From: a virus
Direction: 5' to 3' (one strand)
Virus record (IMG/VR): IMGVR_UViG_3300012663_000526
Span: 1-64,000 of that record
Length of the DNA: 64,000 nucleotides
The notes under the pieces are model-generated. The model was not told where the DNA came from and searched no databases. It saw only the letters and a list, made by a program, of their open reading frames with translations. Position 1 is the stretch's first letter. Each line of letters starts with the position of its first letter. A program made the position numbers and the translations under genes. Shown here piece after piece: positions 18,563-25,788 of the stretch.

Positions 18563-18985
18563 TTAGAGATAACGAGCAATAGCATTGTAAGTGCTTGTGC
18601 TAACCAATTCCTCATCTGTCATTTTCAGAATACGGATTGCGTTTGACATTTCCTCTTTCATCTCACGATACTGATGAGAGTGAATAACCTCAAAATCCTT
18701 TTCAGGTTCAGCAGGGAAGTTGCCTTCCTTTGTGATGATGTCAAAATCAACATTGAGAGTGTTGTTCCATTGACGATAGTTTGTGCGTAGGTTTTCAGCC
18801 TTTGAGAAGTTCTCAATAGCCCACTTAGCAATTTCCTTTTTCCAAGCCTCTTGCTTCTTACCGAACTTTGCTTCCTTTTCGGTTTGTGTAGCGTAGTCTT
18901 GCTCTAGTTCTGCTAACTTTACCTCTAGTGCCTTGATAACTCTAGCAGTAGGGATTTTTACATTTATAGATTTGCCTCTTGACAT
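18563..18985 (-). CDS. Hypothetical coiled-coil protein
   Basis: AAAGGA RBS; own promoter; 140 aa. Confidence 0.75.
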   Translation of the reverse strand: MSRGKSINVKIPTARVIKALEVKLAELEQDYATQTEKEAKFGKKQEAWKKEIAKWAIENFSKAENLRTNYRQWNNTLNVDFDIITKEGNFPAEPEKDFEVIHSHQYREMKEEMSNAIRILKMTDEELVSTSTYNAIARYL

Positions 18986-19076
18986 TTTTTTCCTTTGTTA
19001 GTTGGGTGGTTTGGGTTTCTTACTATCTAATTCTAGCAGGGGCTACTGACATTTTGCCAATAGCCCCCGATTAGGA

Positions 19077-19223
19077 TTACTTCGCTGTTGTCCAGCGAGT
19101 TTGACCTGCGACATCAAGTTTGATACGATAAGAGCCATTATCGTTCTTGACTACTTCTGTGATTGTTCCTTCTACGCCAGACTTTGCTGTTGTAAAAGTT
19201 TCACCGATTTTTGGTGTTGTCAT
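19077..19223 (-). CDS. Small SH3/KOW-like protein (48 aa; not in ORF track)
   Basis: MTTPKIGETFTTAKSGVEGTITEVVKNDNGSYRIKLDVAGQTRWTTAK; GAAAGGA RBS; own promoter. Confidence 0.7.
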   Translation of the reverse strand: MTTPKIGETFTTAKSGVEGTITEVVKNDNGSYRIKLDVAGQTRWTTAK

Positions 19224-19550
19224 TTTGCTTCCTTTCCGTTTGTTGTTATTACAAGTCTAGCAAATCCTACTGACATTATCAAATCGTAAATCGGTCAAAT
19301 CGGACATTTTTTCCACAAATTCTGTGATAAACCTCATAATGTCGTAACTTGACAAAGCTCAGAAAATCCGTGGCGCACTCGGGCGTGTTGCGCCAGCATT
19401 TTTATGCAGTGCGTTGCATATTTATTTATTCAGAATATTTATTTTTATATTTTTGTTTTCGTGAATAAACTTTTTTTGATTGCACATAAGTTGCAGCGTT
19501 TGATCTCCGCAATTCTTGAATGCGTGTAACTTTTTCTTTTAGCATTTTTT

Positions 19551-19823
19551 TTAATCCCATTCTGGTAGCCAAGCGGACAAGTGGTGTTGCTCTGCAATTG
19601 CCCAAGCGGGTGCAGTAGTTTTATTTTTATACAATACGCCTTCAGGCATTTCAATTTCAGTATCGCCATCGCCTGCGTGTATTGCGTCAATTGCTTCAAT
19701 GCAAGGTTGCACCATAGAAAGTGGAACGGGCGGGTAGTGATTACCCTGTAAGTGATAACCAATAGCCTGTTCAAGTGATAGGTCAAAGTTAGTTGCTAAG
19801 TCAATTGCTGTATTGTTTCCCAT
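19551..19823 (-). CDS. Hypothetical protein
   Basis: HLQGNHYPPVP...EQHHL; TAATG coupling. Confidence 0.7.
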   Translation of the reverse strand: MGNNTAIDLATNFDLSLEQAIGYHLQGNHYPPVPLSMVQPCIEAIDAIHAGDGDTEIEMPEGVLYKNKTTAPAWAIAEQHHLSAWLPEWD

Positions 19824-20038
19824 TATCGTGTTACCACTCTTCCATCTCGATAGAATATTTTTGTATAGCATTTACCTGTATTGGTATAAATATTAACTGT
19901 TGAGTATTCGTTAGCCATTCCCCAGTCTGTAAAACTGAAGAAAGACTTCCAAGCGTCAAATTCGCTTTCATAGCGTTGTTTCCAATGAGGGCTTTCCTCA
20001 TAGTCATACTGACAAGATACTAGGTATTCGTAGTCCAT
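19823..20038 (-). CDS. Hypothetical protein
   Basis: AAGGAG RBS; MDYEYLVSCQYD... Confidence 0.65.
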   Translation of the reverse strand: MDYEYLVSCQYDYEESPHWKQRYESEFDAWKSFFSFTDWGMANEYSTVNIYTNTGKCYTKIFYRDGRVVTR

Positions 20039-20040
20039 AG

Positions 20041-20181
20041 TTATGCTCCTTCGGGTGTTGTAAATAATTTTACCTCTTGGCACTGACAAGTTTCGACATC
20101 GTAGTCTAACTCGTTGCCCCAGAAAATAAGTCCTTCTCCGTGGCATTCATCGCAAGCAAATCGCATTACTGAGTTTATCAT
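20041..20181 (-). CDS. Small Zn-finger protein (46 aa; not in ORF track)
   Basis: CDECHGEG...CQC; AAGGTG RBS. Confidence 0.6.
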   Translation of the reverse strand: MINSVMRFACDECHGEGLIFWGNELDYDVETCQCQEVKLFTTPEGA

Positions 20182-20303
20182 TAAATAGCACCTTCCTGAA
20201 ATAATCCAATTTCAATGTCTAGTAATTCTTCGGGTGTTGCCTTAGATAAATCTACCCAAGACACGCCCTCTTCATTTATGCGAGCAAATTCAATGTATCC
20301 CAT
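20181..20303 (-). CDS. Hypothetical protein (40 aa; not in ORF track)
   Basis: MGYIEFARINEEGVSWVDL...; coupled stop/start. Confidence 0.55.
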   Translation of the reverse strand: MGYIEFARINEEGVSWVDLSKATPEELLDIEIGLFQEGAI

Positions 20304-20305
20304 TA

Positions 20306-20515
20306 TTACTCACCAACCTTCACCGCAATAGTTGCGTATTGTGTAGATAATTTACCTTTAGCATTTACGCCAATTAGGTAGGCTTCGGTATTTTCTCCAT
20401 ACCAAATACCTTCACGCTTTTCAGCGGAGATAATCTCACCCGAAAAAAATCGGTTGCGTGAGCGATAGTGTTTTCCTATAAGTAGGCTTTCGATTGTGTA
20501 TAGTTTAGTAGCCAT
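20306..20515 (-). CDS. Hypothetical protein
   Basis: GAAGG RBS; own promoter. Confidence 0.65.
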   Translation of the reverse strand: MATKLYTIESLLIGKHYRSRNRFFSGEIISAEKREGIWYGENTEAYLIGVNAKGKLSTQYATIAVKVGE

Positions 20516-20806
20516 TAGTGGCACCTTCTTTCATTTTGTTGTTGATACAAGTCTATCATTTACTACTGACATTTCAGGGAAGCCACGCCGTAAATCATAA
20601 ACTATTTTGTTTTTCTTACTATGTAAGTCTAGCAGAACGGACTGACATTTTCACATTACTAGCCAGTAAATCCAAATAATGAGACGCTCAAGCCGTGTGA
20701 TAAATCTCACAAAAATTTCCAGCTTATCCACAGACACACCGTAAGTTATCCCCAGACACGCCCGAGTGCGAGGCGCTGTCGGGCGTGTTGCATTTAGTTG
20801 AAAGTT

Positions 20807-20833
20807 TGAGCAGTTTTAGATCGTGCTCAGGAT
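20807..20833 (-). ncRNA. H-type pseudoknot motif, copy 7
   Basis: ATC-C-TGAGCA-C-GAT-CTAAAAC-TGCTCA, just after a stop codon. Confidence 0.65.
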
Positions 20834-20839
20834 TTTATT

Positions 20840-21010
20840 TTATTTGTTGCAAGCAATCCGAAACTTTTCAAAATCAAATCGTGGATTATCTGCAGAAAAG
20901 AAATCTGCAAACTCTTCAATTAAATCTTGAAACACAACTTCATTTGAAATTGAAGATTTGAAATCAGAAAGAATTTCAGCAGTAGAAACATAATCTTTAC
21001 GAGTCATCAT
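20840..21010 (-). CDS. MTRKDY-family small protein (56 aa; not in ORF track)
   Basis: MMTRKDYVSTAEIL...DNPRFDFEKFRIAC; paralog at 22733. Confidence 0.75.
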   Translation of the reverse strand: MMTRKDYVSTAEILSDFKSSISNEVVFQDLIEEFADFFSADNPRFDFEKFRIACNK

Positions 21011-21222
21011 TAGTTGTTACCCCATTTCAAAGTTGCATAAGAATTATTTTTATTTATTTCTTCCATTGCATTTAGAGAGTCAATAGAACCAATAAAACTT
21101 TCAGAAAAAAGTTTTTGAATAAAACTTTCAGGCATTGTTGCAAGAGCAGAAATTACATAGTCGGGAGCCTTGTGCTCGTCAATCTCTGCAATTAGATTTA
21201 CAGTGTGTGAAATTGTTATCAT
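21010..21222 (-). CDS. Hypothetical protein
   Basis: TAATG coupling at both ends. Confidence 0.6.
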   Translation of the reverse strand: MITISHTVNLIAEIDEHKAPDYVISALATMPESFIQKLFSESFIGSIDSLNAMEEINKNNSYATLKWGNN

Positions 21223-21407
21223 TACTTTACCGCCTTTCCCTTTAGAACACCACGAACACCGAGCAAATCGCAATCAAATTTGACCGAGATACCAACAGGG
21301 AGTTGGGCTGGATAAGTGTTGATGAATTGGGCAACCGCACCTTTAGAAGGAAGGTTGATTTTTGATACTGAACCTGAGAAGGTTTCTAGTCTGATAGTGT
21401 AAGTCAT
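21222..21407 (-). CDS. Hypothetical protein
   Basis: GAAAGGA RBS; own promoter. Confidence 0.7.
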   Translation of the reverse strand: MTYTIRLETFSGSVSKINLPSKGAVAQFINTYPAQLPVGISVKFDCDLLGVRGVLKGKAVK

Positions 21408-21504
21408 TTTTGACTTCCTTTCGTTTGTTTGTTTATAGGAATAAGTCTAGCATAGGGGTCTGACATTTTGAGGCATTTAGCCCCAAAAGTCGGTGTGAGA
21501 TACC

Positions 21505-21660
21505 TCACAGGCAGTTGATACAATTACAACCTTTAGAGGAGAACAGATACTTTAGCAATTCCTTGCGAGTATAAGCGTCCAAGCCATAAGAGGATTTTAC
21601 TCCGCCATTATGGTATTCGTGAACGATAGTAGAGAATAGAGTTTCATTTAGTGTAGTCAT
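21505..21660 (-). CDS. Small Cys-tail protein
   Basis: GAAAGGTGG RBS; ends CNCINCL. Confidence 0.65.
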   Translation of the reverse strand: MTTLNETLFSTIVHEYHNGGVKSSYGLDAYTRKELLKYLFSSKGCNCINCL

Positions 21661-22120
21661 TTGAGACCACCTTTCTTTTAAGTAGTTAAAAACCTTTTTT
21701 AACTTTCTATACCTAGAAGTATAGCAGGGGGGTCTGACATTTACTGGCCAGTAATCGGTCAAATCGGACATTTTGAAATGTGTTTAAAATCACATCAGCT
21801 TTTTACGCTCAAAATCTCAGTGTGTTCATAATCACACCTGTAAAGACACGCCCGAGTGCGCCTCGATTTTTTTGATCGTTGTCAAGTGCAACACGCAATT
21901 ATTTTTATTTATTTGTAATCAAAAAACATTTCTGCTAACAATTCTAATTCATCATTTGTTAAGTGATCAATTTGAATTGCATTTGCAAAATCTTCGCCAA
22001 CGCTTGTCATCTCTGTCATTATTACCAACACCTTTCACATAAAGCAGTTATAAATTCTGCATCTTCAATTGACATTTCCATTACGAATTCATCGCAACCT
22101 TTACAAAATAAATCTTTCAT

Positions 22121-22282
22121 TTATTCACACTCACATTCTTGCGTATAATCAAATTCGCAATAGTAGCAACCCATTTGTTCGCCGTGTGCTTTGCACACAT
22201 AAACAAATTGGCTTTCCTCACAACAGAAACGCATTTCATCTTTTATGAAATAGAATTCATTTTCATCAATGTAGTTTTTCAT
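22121..22282 (-). CDS. Small Cys-rich protein
   Basis: CC...C..H....CYYC...CEC. Confidence 0.6.
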   Translation of the reverse strand: MKNYIDENEFYFIKDEMRFCCEESQFVYVCKAHGEQMGCYYCEFDYTQECECE

Positions 22283-22458
22283 TATTTGGAAACCTTCCAA
22301 TCTCTCCACATTGGGAGTCTTTCAGGGTCGGTATCATCATACCAACGCTCAATGTTATTTTCGCAAACCTCACAAAATGTGAATTGCTCATCTCCTACCA
22401 TAGAGATAGCAGGTTTGAATGGAGTGTGCTCTTTGCACATTGTAATTGTTGAATTCAT
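22282..22458 (-). CDS. Small Zn-binding protein (58 aa; not in ORF track)
   Basis: MNSTITMCKEH...FTFCEVCENNIERW; GAAAGGA RBS. Confidence 0.65.
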   Translation of the reverse strand: MNSTITMCKEHTPFKPAISMVGDEQFTFCEVCENNIERWYDDTDPERLPMWRDWKVSK

Positions 22459-22732
22459 TTGAATTCCTTTCTAGTTTGAGAACCTTTCTCAACTTTCTTA
22501 TGACTTTAGTCTAACATAGACCACTGACATTTTGGGGGGTTACTGGCGAGTATTTTCAAAGTATTTTTGTGATTTGCACCACATAGACTTATCCACAGAC
22601 ACGCCCGACGCCGCCTCGAAATTTTTGCGATATGTCAAGTCGACACACCGCAAAAACTTTTTTATTTTAAATTAATAAAAGATAACCAAATAAAGTTACG
22701 AGGATGATCAGAAAAATAAATTCTTTCACGAA

Positions 22733-22891
22733 TTAATTTTCCAAGCAAGCTTCAAAAAACTTTTCTTCGTTAAACCTTTCATTATCTTTTTTAAACATAT
22801 TTGAAAAGTCTAACAACAATGCAGGCGGAACTTCTTCAAAGTGCTTGTTAAGAATTTCGGCGGTTGAGATGTAGTCTTTACGTGTCATCAT
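22733..22891 (-). CDS. MTRKDY-family small protein (52 aa; not in ORF track)
   Basis: MMTRKDYISTAEIL...DNERFNEEKFFEAC. Confidence 0.75.
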   Translation of the reverse strand: MMTRKDYISTAEILNKHFEEVPPALLLDFSNMFKKDNERFNEEKFFEACLEN

Positions 22892-23373
22892 TAGTTTAAT
22901 CCATTCTCTTTAAGGTCTTTGATTACGGCAATTACTAGGGGGATAGTAACGCCAAGCATTACTAATTGGACTAAGGTGGTTAGTAGGCGATTACTTGTCA
23001 TTAGTGTTTTTCCATTTCTTGTAGTATTTATATCCTACACCAAGTAGGACGGCGGTGGCAAGTAGTTGCCAAGATAGGGCGATATAGCACCATTCTGTAT
23101 CTAGCATAAATCCATAGTTATCTAATTCTATTGATAGCATTACTTAGTATCTACCTCTCTAATGTTATAGGTAAACCCTTTACCTAATTTGTTTAGTTCT
23201 GCAATTACTGCAAGAATTTCTTCAGGCTTGCTAGCCTTTTGATTAACGGCTAGTAGTTGAGAGCCTTGCCATAGTGTGTAAGTGATAGTCATTTACTGTT
23301 CTTCTTTCTGTTAGTTTTTATAGTATAAGTTTAATAGTAGGGATAGGGAAAAGTCAAGTTTTGATCGTGTGAG

Positions 23374-23586
23374 TTACGCCACACGATTAGCGAATACCCA
23401 CTTACTTTCGTTAGGGGTAAGGTAACGGTGAGAGATAAGACCCTCAGAGGCTACCATATATACATAAGCCATACGGCTAATGTAGTTACCGTCTTTAGTT
23501 CTAAAGATACGGTTATCCTTAGTGTTAGAGGAAGCCATAGAGTGGAAAGGCTCTACTACTACTGTTAGTGTATTTAGTGAATTCAT
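23374..23586 (-). CDS. Hypothetical protein
   Basis: GAAAGGA RBS; own promoter. Confidence 0.65.
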   Translation of the reverse strand: MNSLNTLTVVVEPFHSMASSNTKDNRIFRTKDGNYISRMAYVYMVASEGLISHRYLTPNESKWVFANRVA

Positions 23587-23761
23587 TTTAGAATTCCTTT
23601 CTTTTTTATTCGGTTAGTATTTCTAACCTTTTTGCTGACCTAGTTTATTTGCTCTTTCGGGAGGCTCACCTAGGATTTTCTTTTATTTAGTTTTTCTTAT
23701 GTAGTAAGACTATCAGACCAAACCCTGAAAGTCAAGGCTATTTGGTGTGATGTCTACCACA

Positions 23762-23920
23762 CTAGGGCTTAGTGTATCCCTTACCCTGTGGGCAGTGGAT
23801 GTCAAACTGACCTCCACACATTACACAGCGTGTCCACGCTGTGAGTCCCCCGCAAGTATCGCAAGCGGTAAGAGGGAAGGCAGAGCCTAGGCTATTTCTA
23901 TTTTCATACAGTGAATTCAT
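23762..23920 (-). CDS. Small double-CxxC Zn-finger protein
   Basis: CDTCGG...CVMCGG; GAAAGGA RBS. Confidence 0.6.
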   Translation of the reverse strand: MNSLYENRNSLGSAFPLTACDTCGGLTAWTRCVMCGGQFDIHCPQGKGYTKP

Positions 23921-24116
23921 TTGGAATTCCTTTCTTTCTTTGTTAATCACCTTGATTAACTTGATACTAGTATCCTATCAGACCCCACTGACATTTTCTA
24001 CTCAAAAAACGCCCAAATCGGACATTCTGAATGTGAGATACACCACATTAGGGCTATGGGCGCACTATTTGTCCGTTTTATCCTACTCCGAGTATGAATC
24101 ATACAAAATAAACTGA

Positions 24117-24430
24117 TATTAACATTTTAGAAAAGCTAATATTGTAGTTGACTAGAAATATGATACACTTAGATCATGAGAAAGTCGGCGGTAAGACGAA
24201 TACGCTAATCCCTTGGGGATATAGCTTAATCAGGTTAAAGCATTTGTCTTATATACAAACGACTCTGGGTTCAAATCCCAGTATCCCTACTATTGGAGTT
24301 TAATATGAATTGGATCCAAGCAACAATTATCTTTGGACCTATAGTGTTCTTGCTAATTGCATTCAGAAAAGACATTTTCTAAAAAATATTTTATTAACAT
24401 TTTATAGAAACTAATATTCTAGTTGACTAG
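24117..24430. repeat. 39-bp imperfect direct repeat flanking tRNA-Ile
   Basis: TATTAACATTTTA...CTAATATT(G/C)TAGTTGACTAG at 24117-24155 and 24392-24430. Confidence 0.75.
24215..24289 (+). tRNA. tRNA-Ile(UAU)
   Basis: GGGGATA/TATCCCT acceptor stem; TTTGT-CTTATAT-ACAAA anticodon arm; CTGGG-TTCAAAT-CCCAG T arm; A73. Confidence 0.85.
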
Positions 24431-24679
24431 GATTTATACTACTATTCAAATGAAATTTGGGTGGAGTAGAAATCTTCATCTACTTCTTTTACGATATGAC
24501 AATATCGACAGGTAACTTCCCCATCATTATCTAAGTGAAAATCGTGATCACAGTTCATTTATGTTCTTTCCTTATATGATTATTGAGTGTGAAATGTGCA
24601 AAACCTGATCGAACTTCGATTTCTTTTTTGCACAGCTCACAGATAACTAATCTCATATATATCCTAGTCGACTAAGATA

Positions 24680-24916
24680 TTATCGTCTTTTACAGGTACA
24701 AACCTTGGTAGATCTCATTTTAAAGAACATCCAAGTGTGATGAATAAGCATTAGACCCATAAGAGCCCACATAAGATTCATCTCAGTAATGCCACTACCT
24801 AAAACCATATCTACAGATCCATGGTCATGTGCAGGAGCTTGAATTAAATCAGGTATTCCATTTTTGTCTTCATCTAAGAAGCTAGTTGTTGTTTCCATAT
24901 CTTCAGTATACATCAT
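24680..24916 (-). CDS. Small membrane protein
   Basis: DEDKNGIPD motif, HDH, TM helix with HH, C-terminal CTC. Confidence 0.6.
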   Translation of the reverse strand: MMYTEDMETTTSFLDEDKNGIPDLIQAPAHDHGSVDMVLGSGITEMNLMWALMGLMLIHHTWMFFKMRSTKVCTCKRR

Positions 24917-25144
24917 TAGGAACGGAACGGCAACTCAAGAGCTTTAGCTCTTCTTGGCTTAAATAGGCGTATAAGGCTTAATATGGGTATAGTGATAAAA
25001 ATGCCACATACGCCAACTGCCAGAATATCCCTAATTCGTCCATAGAGGTCAAAATTAGAGGGTTTTAGCCCTAGAGGGTAGTTGGGTATCGGATCGATAC
25101 ACTTTTACCCCTTAAATTGGCTTCTCGTCGATTTTTTCACTATA

Positions 25145-25221
25145 CAAAGCGAAAATCCCCAGATCTGCGGATATCTGAGGATTCTCTAATATTCAGGAAC
25201 TCTAAAGCTCAACCGAATACT
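25145..25221 (-). ncRNA. Candidate small RNA (promoter, hairpin, terminator)
   Basis: TTGACG, 17 nt, TATACT at 25256-25228; two hairpins whose G-U pairs work only on the minus strand. Confidence 0.45.
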
Positions 25222-25385
25222 TCTATAAGTATACTAGAAAAGGTCGTCTTCGTCAACTTCTTCACTAACATCTAATTCAAAATCATCTAGCATTTGGGAT
25301 ACCGCCCCATATGCATATATAGCAAAAGCCACGGCGCCTGCTCCCATACCTAGAGCAATTGTTCCAAGGAATAAAGTTCGCTTCT

Positions 25386-25598
25386 TCACTCCGCCTCACT
25401 TCCTAGAGCTGGAAGAGGACCAAGCAATTCACCATTTCGATGAGCTTCGATCATTTTTAAAACTTCTTCGCCTTTTCCGACACCATCTGCTATTAAGCAG
25501 AGAACGTCGTATATGCGAGAGAGTGTGATGTATGTGACAATATCGATATTATCATCAATTGTCTCAGATGGCTTTTCTTCTGCGGCGAAATCACTCAT
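25386..25598 (-). CDS. Hypothetical protein
   Basis: YITLSRIYDVL...H..G.L.GP.P. Confidence 0.65.
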   Translation of the reverse strand: MSDFAAEEKPSETIDDNIDIVTYITLSRIYDVLCLIADGVGKGEEVLKMIEAHRNGELLGPLPALGSEAE

Positions 25599-25788
25599 TA
25601 ACGGCTAGCACTCTTTTCATTCTGTCGTAGGAACTATATCCTATTTCAATAGTATCATTGCATTCAAGGCAATATAGATAGATTGTATCATCATGTCTTA
25701 AATTTGGCAATAGTGGACGACTGTCCTTCTCGCAAAAAAGTTCACTAGGGTAACGCTTTATAAATTCACGGACAATTCTGATATCCAT
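25591..25788 (-). CDS. Small Zn-ribbon protein
   Basis: CEKD...LYCLEC. Confidence 0.65.
   Translation of the reverse strand: MDIRIVREFIKRYPSELFCEKDSRPLLPNLRHDDTIYLYCLECNDTIEIGYSSYDRMKRVLAVNE

Larger units (their letters stand above)
16272..23993 (-). promoter_or_regulatory. Promoter class TGTCAG-N7-TGn-TAnnnT, 9 copies
   Basis: CTGACA (+ strand) at 16288, 19046, 19270, 20566, 20642, 21460, 21734, 22524, 23988, each exactly 10 nt from a -10 hexamer. Confidence 0.8.
9696..24047 (-). promoter_or_regulatory. Dispersed CRP/GlxR-like boxes (TGTGA-N6-TCACA), 14 copies upstream of early promoters
   Basis: Starts at 9696, 12554, 15052, 16332, 18059, 19323, 20696, 21494, 21779, 21821, 22568, 23368, 23746, 24032; four perfect, the rest with one mismatch. 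Confidence 0.75.

Noticed and set aside
15196-20833. Reading the TGAGCA...TGCTCA repeats as simple terminators or DNA operators
   Set aside because: No consistent U-tract, and a second covarying stem plus strand-specific G-U pairs favour a pseudoknot
24183-24207. Tiny possible pseudoknot GTC-GGCG..GAC..CGCT upstream of tRNA-Ile
   Set aside because: Stems of only 3-4 bp in a single copy; could be chance
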